A model generated the notes under the pieces. The model did no database searches and had not been told where the DNA came from. It was given only the letters and a program-made list of their open reading frames with translations. Shown one piece after another: positions 28,261 to 37,615 of a stretch of 64,000 bases of DNA. Position numbers and translations under genes: made by a program. Location: the sequence record PP886230. One strand, given 5' to 3'. The stretch comes from Escherichia phage vB_EcoM_E9.1. The stretch's first letter is position 1; every line of letters starts with the position of its first letter.

Positions 28261-29403
28261 TCAATAAACATCCCAAGGTAATGGGGTCTTCCTAAATCCA
28301 TACCTGGTTGTGCTCGCACCATCTCCAGCAATGTATCGACCGATGCCACATTGGTATAACTCTGTACTACTACATATAGCACCACCAATAGTACCACTAC
28401 CCCACTGAATTATATTAGAATATGTTATTGGTAAATCACTACATTTAGTATATACACCAACGGTAGCAGCACCACTAATACCACCAAACATGCTTCGGTT
28501 AGCACCAGTGTAATATATACCATCTGGACTCATAAATGCAGAGGTGTACGTTGTACTACAATCCACTGGACTTCTTATAGTATTAAGATCGCCAGGGTAT
28601 GTTCTAGCAGCATATACGTAAACATTACCATCAGTAGTAATACCATTACCCAACTGACCACTGTTCTGACCACCACACGTAACTAACGATGCAGAACCAG
28701 AAACAATTGCAGTAGCATTATACGAAGTACCCATTGCAATAGAAGCACCAGACAATAGTTTTGGTGTAACGATAGCTGTTGTATTACCCTGGCCTAATTC
28801 ACCATTTGTGTTTCGTCCCCATGCGTATATAGAAGTCGTATCCAATCGACATAGTACTGAACCATAACTAAACGTATATCGCATGTCATTTACAGCAGAA
28901 GGCAAATTAACCTTAGTTGCAACACTAATAACACCACCAGTAACACCACTGTTTGCGTTCATGTTACGACCATATGCATATAAAGAACCATCTGAAGTTT
29001 TAATATGCATCATACCATCTGTGCAATATAATGCATCGATGCTATCCACCGCAACCGGACCCATACTGGCAGTTATATCGGTCCATCCAAGAGTAGTAGT
29101 ACTAGAAATTAAGTTATTTCCTGCGTAAAGGATTCTATTATTATTAGTAACTACCACTGTATATCTAGCAGTAACTCCAATTAATCGAACATCAGTATAT
29201 ATCTTAGACCACGCACCTAGTGAATTGGTATTTGCATCCAAAAAGCCTAACTGCCCATCTGTATTGTATCCAATACCCCATGCATCACCTGCACTGTCCA
29301 ATAACACTTCATGTGAAAAGCCAATCTTAAAATCTTTTATTGTAGGAACTACCGGAACTGGTGCAATATTCCCGTACTTAACCATTCTTCCAAAAGGTAA
29401 CAT
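28261..29403 (-). CDS. leader-tagged RCC1-like beta-propeller protein
   Basis: leader MLPFGRMVKYGNIAP; motifs GYNTDGQLGF, GRNTNGELGQG, GGQNSGQLGNG; start trimmed from track ORF. Confidence 0.75.
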   Translation of the reverse strand: MLPFGRMVKYGNIAPVPVVPTIKDFKIGFSHEVLLDSAGDAWGIGYNTDGQLGFLDANTNSLGAWSKIYTDVRLIGVTARYTVVVTNNNRILYAGNNLISSTTTLGWTDITASMGPVAVDSIDALYCTDGMMHIKTSDGSLYAYGRNMNANSGVTGGVISVATKVNLPSAVNDMRYTFSYGSVLCRLDTTSIYAWGRNTNGELGQGNTTAIVTPKLLSGASIAMGTSYNATAIVSGSASLVTCGGQNSGQLGNGITTDGNVYVYAARTYPGDLNTIRSPVDCSTTYTSAFMSPDGIYYTGANRSMFGGISGAATVGVYTKCSDLPITYSNIIQWGSGTIGGAICSSTELYQCGIGRYIAGDGASTTRYGFRKTPLPWDVY

Positions 29404-29474
29404 AATTCCCTCCTTATTCATTATACTATATTTAATACAAATAAGAAAGCCAGTATCAAGTACTGGCCTATATT
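29404..29474 (-). promoter_or_regulatory. cassette spacer: hairpin, -10 TATAAT, RBS
   Basis: same conserved spacer. Confidence 0.55.
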
Positions 29475-30212
29475 TTAGACTGAATTGTTAGGATAATATC
29501 TCCCACGTCCCCATATTATTCGCACAGCACCACCACCAGCAGCCGTATAAGAAAAATTATCCCATATACTACCACCACCACCATACATCTTACCAGCACC
29601 ACCACTACCAGCACCACCATTATATGAACCATCGTATCTACCGCCAATACCATTAGCACCTTGAACAATGATACCAGTACCACCACCCGTACCAATGAAC
29701 GAGGTATTATAGAATGCACCACCACCACCGCCGCCGCCAGCACCATTTTCACCAGTGATTGCATCTCCGTTACCACCTTTACCAGTGTAGCCACCAGCAC
29801 CACCACCAATGACTGCACCACCACTTACACCAGCGTTGCCCCCATTACCACCACCATCATTAATAGCGTTAGCAGCTTTCCCACCTAGTCCACCAACCCT
29901 ATATTCACCAGTGAAGCTAACACATAGTTTTTCAGTTCCACGATATAAACCGTTTTCAACTGCTGTAGTAGTGTTGGGATGTGTAAGAGAAACACTTAAG
30001 TACTCACCACCAGAAACCGGAATATTATTACGCCACGATAAGCCGCCACCAGCACCACGTTGACCACCCGGCGAAATAACACATACTGATATTTCGGTAA
30101 CGCCAGCAGGAACTGTAAATTGTGTTGTTCCTATTGTCGTGATTAATTGTTCACCATGTGGCTTATATTCAATTTTATTCCCGTACTTAACCATTCTTCC
30201 AAAAGGTAACAT
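29475..30212 (-). CDS. leader-tagged glycine-rich protein
   Basis: same leader MLPFGRMVKYGN fused to Gly-rich body (GGGNGGNAGVSGG...). Confidence 0.65.
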   Translation of the reverse strand: MLPFGRMVKYGNKIEYKPHGEQLITTIGTTQFTVPAGVTEISVCVISPGGQRGAGGGLSWRNNIPVSGGEYLSVSLTHPNTTTAVENGLYRGTEKLCVSFTGEYRVGGLGGKAANAINDGGGNGGNAGVSGGAVIGGGAGGYTGKGGNGDAITGENGAGGGGGGGAFYNTSFIGTGGGTGIIVQGANGIGGRYDGSYNGGAGSGGAGKMYGGGGSIWDNFSYTAAGGGAVRIIWGRGRYYPNNSV

Positions 30213-30283
30213 ACTTCCTCCTTTATTCATTATACTATATTTAATACAAATAAGAAAGCCAGTACAAAGTACTGGCTAAATTA
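30213..30283 (-). promoter_or_regulatory. cassette spacer: hairpin, -10 TATAAT, RBS
   Basis: same conserved spacer. Confidence 0.55.
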
Positions 30284-31474
30284 TTACAATTGTCTAGGTG
30301 TATCCAGAACATATCTATTTGTACTAGGACCACCATCATCATACGTTCCGGTTGAATATATATTTTTCATATCAGCAGTTAGAAAAGTACGATACGAACC
30401 GCGATATATTTTTATTTTATCATACATAGAATATGATATTTCTGCTGGCATTGGACATATAGTAAATCTACCAATAGTAACATTAGAACCAACACCCAAC
30501 GAACCAGCATAACTACTCGCATTTAAACCAGTTGCATATACACCAGTACTCGTAACTAGTATACTAGATTGTGTTGGGTATCCTGTATGAATTGAATACA
30601 AAGTTCCAGTTGGTAATGTCGTACTATTGCTCCCTAATACAGCAATTGCCGAACTGGTTGTGGTATTGTTACCCCATGCACCATTACTCGCTAAACCACC
30701 AACTAGAAACTGACGTGCACCAGTACTTGGATTCTCAACCAAAGCACTGACTGCACCACTTGAGCATCCAGTGTATTGTAACGTTTTTGTGTATGTTGTA
30801 CTTGGTTTATATAAAGTATATTCATTAAATGGTGTCCATGTGGTACTGGTACTTATACCTGACGTACCACCACCAATATATAAATTATTTTGTGTATCAA
30901 AAAACATTACACAGTTATTTGTTGACAGTATTTGTGCAATATCAACATTAGGCGTGACAGCTTTTACAAATGATCCATCTGTTATTTGTTGAGTACTACC
31001 AGTACCATCAGCGAATTGTCTAGCCCCACTCCAACCAGTACTCCATATTGTATTATTATCCATTAATACCGTAAACCACGTAGTACCTCCATACATCTGT
31101 TTAATTGAAGTACTTGAACTTTGCGTGTACAAATTTTCAATATATTGGTTATAACTTAAAAACGTAGTAGTACTAGTTGGTAAACCAACATGATCACCAT
31201 ATCCACAATAAAAATAATTTGAGTCATTATCTTTTACTAATAAAGTTCCTTGTGTAACCCAGCAATCGTTAACGTTTTCTCTAATTAATGTCCATGATTT
31301 TAATGCAGTGTTGTTTCCCCTACCAAATTTCCCAAAACTATTATTCCCACGTGCATATAGTTGACCATCCGTATACAGAACAACAACATCTAAATCAGTT
31401 GGGATTATTTTCTTAATTTGAAGTGGTACTGGGGCAATATTCCCATAATTCATCATTCTTGCAAAAGGTAACAT
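30284..31474 (-). CDS. leader-tagged RCC1-like beta-propeller protein
   Basis: leader MLPFARMMNYGNIAP; own spacer with hairpin and promoter. Confidence 0.7.
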   Translation of the reverse strand: MLPFARMMNYGNIAPVPLQIKKIIPTDLDVVVLYTDGQLYARGNNSFGKFGRGNNTALKSWTLIRENVNDCWVTQGTLLVKDNDSNYFYCGYGDHVGLPTSTTTFLSYNQYIENLYTQSSSTSIKQMYGGTTWFTVLMDNNTIWSTGWSGARQFADGTGSTQQITDGSFVKAVTPNVDIAQILSTNNCVMFFDTQNNLYIGGGTSGISTSTTWTPFNEYTLYKPSTTYTKTLQYTGCSSGAVSALVENPSTGARQFLVGGLASNGAWGNNTTTSSAIAVLGSNSTTLPTGTLYSIHTGYPTQSSILVTSTGVYATGLNASSYAGSLGVGSNVTIGRFTICPMPAEISYSMYDKIKIYRGSYRTFLTADMKNIYSTGTYDDGGPSTNRYVLDTPRQL

Positions 31475-31545
31475 AAATTCCTCCTTTATTCATTATACTA
31501 TATTTAATACAAATAAGAAAGCCAGTACAGTGTACTGGCATTAAA
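31475..31545 (-). promoter_or_regulatory. cassette spacer: hairpin, -10 TATAAT, RBS
   Basis: same conserved spacer. Confidence 0.55.
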
Positions 31546-32694
31546 TCATTGTATAAATGACATATCAACTTCTGTATAACTAAGAATGTTTTGTCCAGCA
31601 ATTCCCCCCATTACTACCATAGCATACCCACAATAATATAATTTCTCAGTGTCCGTAAGTATAAGTGAACCAGATGGAGTGCGTACCAAATTACACGAAC
31701 TATTAAACGAAGTATACGAAGGAGTATATGAGTACTGATTAATATTATTACCAACACCTAATTGACCAAATCCATTCGACCCAGATGCGTATAGAACTTC
31801 ATCACCTTTAGCTATATGTGATGCCATGTTACTAACACACGTATATAGAGTATAAACTCCCGAACTCAATAATGTCGGAGTTTTGTATTGTATATCGGTG
31901 GATGAAGAAGTACCACCTGTGCCAAATTCGTTCCCGTATTGTGCACCGAACTGTTTACCACAAGCGTACAAATTATTATCCGATTTAATAAAAAATGTAC
32001 TTTGATAACTTACATCAAAATCTATAACATCCGAAGAAATCATCGTCACCCCAGTAATAGAAGTTTGATTACCTGTACCTAACTGATAGTAATAGTTAAA
32101 ACCACAACCCCATAAAGTATTATCTTCTTTTAGGTATATGTTACCAACTGCCTTTTTAACCGAAGTTATAGTATCTACCCTTTTGAATGTGTTAAAAGAA
32201 TTAATGTTTGTACCATCACCAAATGATGATAGGTTCGAGTTATTGTTAACTCCACAACAATACAACGTACCATCGTTTGTTATCAAATTCACCTTCATAT
32301 CATTAAAACTACTCATGTATTTTATATCAGAAACATTAATACCACCTGATGTTATCCACGTAGTACAGTCCGTCCACAAAGTTTTTGTATCAGTTACACC
32401 AGTGAATGCCTTCGTGTTACCCGTGATAAAAACTTTTCCAGTACCTTTCTCTTCATACAATTGACAACTACTACTGTTATCTTCCAATAGAACTCGTTTA
32501 ACATTCTCTGCACAAAGAATAAATTTACTCGATGCTACACCTGTTCCAGTACCCCAATTCGTCGCAGAAGATGCATACAACTTATTAGTATAAGTATCAT
32601 GGAGATACATAGAATCACTTGAATATATTTTAAAACGCCTATCCTTACCAGGGGCAATATTCCCATAATTCATCATTCTTGCAAAAGGTAACAT
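31546..32694 (-). CDS. leader-tagged RCC1-like beta-propeller protein
   Basis: leader MLPFARMMNYGNIAP; GSNGFGQLGVGNN motif. Confidence 0.7.
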   Translation of the reverse strand: MLPFARMMNYGNIAPGKDRRFKIYSSDSMYLHDTYTNKLYASSATNWGTGTGVASSKFILCAENVKRVLLEDNSSSCQLYEEKGTGKVFITGNTKAFTGVTDTKTLWTDCTTWITSGGINVSDIKYMSSFNDMKVNLITNDGTLYCCGVNNNSNLSSFGDGTNINSFNTFKRVDTITSVKKAVGNIYLKEDNTLWGCGFNYYYQLGTGNQTSITGVTMISSDVIDFDVSYQSTFFIKSDNNLYACGKQFGAQYGNEFGTGGTSSSTDIQYKTPTLLSSGVYTLYTCVSNMASHIAKGDEVLYASGSNGFGQLGVGNNINQYSYTPSYTSFNSSCNLVRTPSGSLILTDTEKLYYCGYAMVVMGGIAGQNILSYTEVDMSFIQ

Positions 32695-32765
32695 ATTTCC
32701 CTCCTTTATTCATTATACTATATTTAATACAAATAAGAAAGCCAGTACAGTGTACTGGCATTATA
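32695..32765 (-). promoter_or_regulatory. cassette spacer: hairpin, -10 TATAAT, RBS
   Basis: same conserved spacer. Confidence 0.55.
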
Positions 32766-33905
32766 TTATTTCCACGGTAGAAGTGAATCAGGAACCCTTG
32801 TTGGTACAGTAGTTGAAGACATTCCAGTAAGATTGGGTACACCACATGTGTATAAATTATTATATTCGTCAACTAACATCGTATAAGAATAGCTCTTACA
32901 AAAACTACTAAGATTACTACCTTCTAATGCAGTAAGATCCATTTCAGCGAATGATGTTATATACATATCAGTTGTACCAATACCACATTGACCATTTGAA
33001 TTAAGGCCACATGAAAATAACTTATTATTATTATTAATTATACAGGATGGTCCGGTAAGGTTTGTCCCAAGCTCACCCACCAACTCCACTTCTCCTTGGA
33101 ATGATAAATTTGGAATTAATGTACTCATTGGGGCTACTGACCTATTTCCTGTACCTGCTTGTCCATAGTCGTTAATAGATGCAACTTTAACATTACCATC
33201 ATTAAGAAATATATAAGAAGTTTCATTTGTATTGACTGCTTTAATTGCATTACTAATCGAAGTATCTTGTGTAAATGTGAGCAAGTTTTGTGTCGTCGTT
33301 CCTGATACAAACGTTCTACCTGCATACCAATATGAACCATCATTTAGTACTAATCCAGTACTATATATTGCACAACCAGCACTGATAACATTTTCTATTG
33401 TACTATAGGTGAATCGTGAAACGCTTGAAGTTGATCCATTCCCAAAAACACCACCAGTACCAGCACCACAGTAGAACCACTTTCCATTTTTTAAAAATAC
33501 ACGCATACACGAAGATATCACAACACTATCAATATCATCTGCACTGACACCGAAATCAGTAAAGTTCTGTGTTATATCAACCCAAACGCCGTTAGTGTTT
33601 GAAGATAGTATTGGAATAACAGTACGTCTACCAGTGTACCAAATAGTACCATCTTTCTTTATAGCAATTGTTCCTTGTACCCCACCCCAATATCGTGTAA
33701 CATTTGAGTTGACAAGAGTCCATTCAGTTGAAGAGTCCAATGAACCATTACCACTTTGTCCATATGCTGAAGAACCAAACCAATATAGATTGCCATTTGT
33801 GTGTAAATAAAATTTGGCATCAGCAGAACATTGTAACCTGTTTTTAGGTAGAATCAGTTCAGGTGCGATATTCCCGTACTTAACCATTCTTGCAAAAGGT
33901 AACAT
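32766..33905 (-). CDS. leader-tagged RCC1-like beta-propeller protein
   Basis: leader MLPFARMVKYGNIAP; GLNSNGQCGIG motif; start trimmed from track ORF 32766-34067. Confidence 0.7.
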   Translation of the reverse strand: MLPFARMVKYGNIAPELILPKNRLQCSADAKFYLHTNGNLYWFGSSAYGQSGNGSLDSSTEWTLVNSNVTRYWGGVQGTIAIKKDGTIWYTGRRTVIPILSSNTNGVWVDITQNFTDFGVSADDIDSVVISSCMRVFLKNGKWFYCGAGTGGVFGNGSTSSVSRFTYSTIENVISAGCAIYSTGLVLNDGSYWYAGRTFVSGTTTQNLLTFTQDTSISNAIKAVNTNETSYIFLNDGNVKVASINDYGQAGTGNRSVAPMSTLIPNLSFQGEVELVGELGTNLTGPSCIINNNNKLFSCGLNSNGQCGIGTTDMYITSFAEMDLTALEGSNLSSFCKSYSYTMLVDEYNNLYTCGVPNLTGMSSTTVPTRVPDSLLPWK

Positions 33906-33975
33906 ATTCCCTCCTTTATTTGTTATACTATATTTAATACAAATAAGAAAGCCAGTACAGTGTACTGGCATTATG
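33906..33975 (-). promoter_or_regulatory. cassette spacer: hairpin, -10 TATAAT, RBS
   Basis: same conserved spacer. Confidence 0.55.
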
Positions 33976-35085
33976 TTATTTTGGTAAATCAATTTTAGTA
34001 AAGACTGCAACATCCTCGATTGCACCTGGAATGGCGTAATACGATCCAGTACTATACACATCTCCATTTTTGGTTAATATCGATGTCAAACCATCACTAA
34101 AAAGAACATCCCTAATCTCACTAACTTCAACGGGTAATTGTAAATTGGTAGCACTATATATAGCACCAGTTTGAGAATTGTTTAATCCCAAACCACGGTT
34201 CGCCCCAACACCCTTCTGATATGTACTAGTAATTACCATTTGTGTAGCAGTATTTAAGGCAGGTGAATTCGTCATAAACAATGGAGAACTATTAGGCAAA
34301 GTACTTACAGGAACTGCACGGAATGTAGTCGTACCTGAACTAAGAAAGTTTGGAGTTTGACCACATACGAAATATGATGTACCATTATAGTAATTTAATG
34401 CATTACCACCAATGGCTGCATCGATTACACCAGAACTACGCAATCCCCAAGTGTTAATTTGTGTTTGGTTCCCCGTACCATGCTGCCCACTACTATTCCA
34501 TCCAGAACTATATAGCTTATTATCTAATGTAAGATACATACTATCATTCGCATTGGTCATTACTTTACGAACGTTCGTAGCACATTGAGTTAATGTGTAA
34601 ATTGATGAGGAACCAATACCCAAAGAACCACGATATCCATTATCTCCTGCACCATAGAGTACTGAATTAGTGCTAAGTACAAATATTAAACCATTTGTAC
34701 ATACAATATTAGCAATTTCACTTACTGGTATAGCATTGGTAAACCAATTAGTTCTTTCAACTAATACAGTACTGTAAGAAGTAGTTGTAGAAGATGAGAA
34801 CCAGTACGTTTGACCTGATGTCCATATCGTATTATCATTTTTAATAATAACAAGTGTACGATCACCCACGAAAAAATTAGAAACATCTGCACTTACTAAT
34901 GTCCACGAAGACACCGTGTTGGTATTACCATTTCCAGATTCACCACCTTGATTTCTACCTATGTAATATAAATCATGTGAATCAGTCAATAAGAATTGGC
35001 CTTGGGTAGAAGCACCAACTTTAATTATTTTTTTAGGACCAGGGACAATATTTCCATACCTAATCATTCTTCCAAAAGGTAACAT
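33976..35085 (-). CDS. leader-tagged RCC1-like beta-propeller protein
   Basis: leader MLPFGRMIRYGNIVP; GWNSSGQHGTGNQT motif; start trimmed. Confidence 0.7.
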   Translation of the reverse strand: MLPFGRMIRYGNIVPGPKKIIKVGASTQGQFLLTDSHDLYYIGRNQGGESGNGNTNTVSSWTLVSADVSNFFVGDRTLVIIKNDNTIWTSGQTYWFSSSTTTSYSTVLVERTNWFTNAIPVSEIANIVCTNGLIFVLSTNSVLYGAGDNGYRGSLGIGSSSIYTLTQCATNVRKVMTNANDSMYLTLDNKLYSSGWNSSGQHGTGNQTQINTWGLRSSGVIDAAIGGNALNYYNGTSYFVCGQTPNFLSSGTTTFRAVPVSTLPNSSPLFMTNSPALNTATQMVITSTYQKGVGANRGLGLNNSQTGAIYSATNLQLPVEVSEIRDVLFSDGLTSILTKNGDVYSTGSYYAIPGAIEDVAVFTKIDLPK

Positions 35086-35093
35086 ATTCCCTC

Positions 35094-36296
35094 CTATTGT
35101 TGCCATAACTGCGTTGGCATTAATGTTAGTGTAGTAATACTATAAGTGCCATCTGGCAATCTACCACCATTTCCATTCCAGCCACCACATGCATATAATT
35201 TATAATCTTTAGTAATTATTATGGTTCTGCTCCAATCTTTAGATGCCATAAGAACATTGTCATAACCACCACTTATTGCACTAAGATTAAAAATATTCCA
35301 AGTTCTAACTAATGTATTAGTTCCATTACCTTCTTGACCATATGAGTTAGCACCACTACTTCTAACATATGGTGCGTATTGTGCCATAGGTGCACCAATT
35401 GATGCATTTCCCATATTACTTGGACAAATAAAAGTACTGTACTTACTTACATCAACCGTGACCGATGTGTTCCTAATTGGTGTTAGCTGATTTACCGATG
35501 TAGTCGTACCATTACCAGCTTGTCCAGAACTGTTAGCCCCGCTATAATATACAGACCCACCAGTAGTAAACCACCAAGTAACATCGTATGTAGTACTAAT
35601 ATGTTCTACATTACTAATCACGAATTTGTTCAAATATACAACAGAACTACCACCACATCCACTTTCACCAAAGTTATCCTTACCACAAAACCATGCATCT
35701 TTATTTGATTTGATATAGTGCGTTCCTTGTAATGAACATGCCATATGTGTAACTTCACCCATATTAGTCATAACTGTGAGTGTAGGGATGGAATTTTTAT
35801 TCCCAGAGCCACATTCACCATTAGTATTTCTTCCACACGCAATTACTCTACCATCGGTTAATAATATTCTAGTACTTTCACCTATATATACACTCTTGAT
35901 CATATTAGCCATAACACCTATTTTATTAAATGCAACAGTAACATCAGTCCATGTTGTCAAATAACCATTAACAGGTGTTGCATCTCCATAATCAGAAAAT
36001 GCACCCACAGACCCAGTGTAGTATATTTTATTATCCAAATCAATCATCAATGAACCTTGAACACCAAGCCAAAAGGCTGCACAGTTCCTTGCAAGTACTG
36101 TAAATGACGAAACTGCTGCTGAATTCCCAAGACCAAATTGATAAAAGTTATTACTACCATAACCATATAAAGTATTAGTTGGGTTATGGAGATACATACA
36201 GTTTGTATAATGTTGTTGTAAAACATCTGAGAACTCTACAGGTTCTGGACCTGGTGCAATATTTGCGTACTTAACCATTCTTCCAAAAGGTAACAT
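35094..36296 (-). CDS. leader-tagged RCC1-like beta-propeller protein
   Basis: leader MLPFGRMVKYANIAP; GANSSGQAGNG motif; stop close to next start. Confidence 0.7.
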   Translation of the reverse strand: MLPFGRMVKYANIAPGPEPVEFSDVLQQHYTNCMYLHNPTNTLYGYGSNNFYQFGLGNSAAVSSFTVLARNCAAFWLGVQGSLMIDLDNKIYYTGSVGAFSDYGDATPVNGYLTTWTDVTVAFNKIGVMANMIKSVYIGESTRILLTDGRVIACGRNTNGECGSGNKNSIPTLTVMTNMGEVTHMACSLQGTHYIKSNKDAWFCGKDNFGESGCGGSSVVYLNKFVISNVEHISTTYDVTWWFTTGGSVYYSGANSSGQAGNGTTTSVNQLTPIRNTSVTVDVSKYSTFICPSNMGNASIGAPMAQYAPYVRSSGANSYGQEGNGTNTLVRTWNIFNLSAISGGYDNVLMASKDWSRTIIITKDYKLYACGGWNGNGGRLPDGTYSITTLTLMPTQLWQQ

Positions 36297-36367
36297 ATTT
36301 CCCTCCTTTATTCATTATACTATATTTAATACAAAAAGAAATGCCAGTATCAAGTACTGGCATAATA
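36297..36367 (-). promoter_or_regulatory. cassette spacer: hairpin, -10 TATAAT, RBS
   Basis: same conserved spacer. Confidence 0.55.
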
Positions 36368-37546
36368 TTATCGGTTAAATTTAAAATCTGTTATGTGTGT
36401 CCATGTATGATTTAATGGGGTACTCATTGGTGTAAAGCCAGCAGGGTCTGACAAAGCTGTACCACGTGCGTACATAAATTGATTGCCAGTACAATCCATT
36501 ATAGCATAAGAACGTGTTGCTGTGCCACATTTGAACCCAACTGCACTACTTGGGGTCGGTAATACTTCAAATGTAGGTGCATTTGAACTACCACCCCCAT
36601 CTTTTGTTCCAGCTATGTACAGAACTCCATTAGTATCAATGATTAAGTTAGTCCAATATGCTTGTTCTCGACCAGCATAAAAATATGTTAAATCACCGGG
36701 TACAAATGGTAACGTTCCTTTATATATTGTAGTATTAACATTCACTGGTGCACCAGCTACACCCCATGAACTCATATAGTTTCTCCCACTTGAGTAGAAT
36801 GTAGTTCCTTTACCGTAAAGTATTAATGTTGCTTGACTTGTTCGCATTGCATTATATTCAAACTCAGGATCATCAGTAGCGTCCTTAAAAATCTGTGTCC
36901 ATGTTGTTATATTACCAGTAGTCGTAACACCCATTTGATAATAATAATTATCACCAGTAGCATAGAATTCTTTAGGGCCAGTTTGTACAATTGCATTCCC
37001 ATTAGTTAACCAAAAATCTAATGTATTAGTCTTGATCTTGGTTGGTGTGTAATTCGCCACGGTATTTCCTTTTCCGAAATAACCATTAGCGTTATTTCCA
37101 TGACCCCATAAATCACCATTAGTTGTGCGTAGGAATAATGTACCAGTATTGAATCCAACTTTTTCTATAGTACTTATGTCAATACCAACAGTCGTGTACT
37201 TCGTTGTAAAATCTTGAAAAGTACTCCAATAATTAGATGAACCATTAAACATGGTTTGTCTACCAGTGTACTTCACTTTATTATCGTTAGTGATAAGTAA
37301 TGTCCCCCACACTGACGCGAACATTAACTTAACATTTTCCATAACAAAGTATGGCTTACCGTATGCTGACGCGGTAGTGTTTAAACCTAATAGTTGTCCA
37401 TCATTACTACAACCCCATACTTCGCCGTTATCCAAAAGCATCAACATAGTAGGTTTGCCGGATGATACATCCAAAAAGAAATCTTTTGGTGTTGGTACGC
37501 CCGGTGCTTCATTTCCATAATTCAACATTCTTCCAAAAGGTAACAT
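36368..37546 (-). CDS. leader-tagged RCC1-like beta-propeller protein
   Basis: leader MLPFGRMLNYGNEAP. Confidence 0.7.
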   Translation of the reverse strand: MLPFGRMLNYGNEAPGVPTPKDFFLDVSSGKPTMLMLLDNGEVWGCSNDGQLLGLNTTASAYGKPYFVMENVKLMFASVWGTLLITNDNKVKYTGRQTMFNGSSNYWSTFQDFTTKYTTVGIDISTIEKVGFNTGTLFLRTTNGDLWGHGNNANGYFGKGNTVANYTPTKIKTNTLDFWLTNGNAIVQTGPKEFYATGDNYYYQMGVTTTGNITTWTQIFKDATDDPEFEYNAMRTSQATLILYGKGTTFYSSGRNYMSSWGVAGAPVNVNTTIYKGTLPFVPGDLTYFYAGREQAYWTNLIIDTNGVLYIAGTKDGGGSSNAPTFEVLPTPSSAVGFKCGTATRSYAIMDCTGNQFMYARGTALSDPAGFTPMSTPLNHTWTHITDFKFNR

Positions 37547-37615
37547 AGTTCCTCCTTTATCATTATACTATATTTAATACAAATAAGAAAGCCAGTATCA
37601 AGTACTGGCATCGTA
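37547..37615 (-). promoter_or_regulatory. cassette spacer: hairpin, -10 TATAAT, RBS
   Basis: same conserved spacer. Confidence 0.55.

Noticed and set aside
28164-32872. Short minus-strand ORFs spanning cassette spacers (28164-28397, 31413-31601, 32645-32872) and the N-terminal extensions of 28261, 29475, 32766 and 33976
   Set aside because: They translate the conserved spacer (hairpin and promoter) in frame; the consistent start is the MLPF codon after AAGGAGG.
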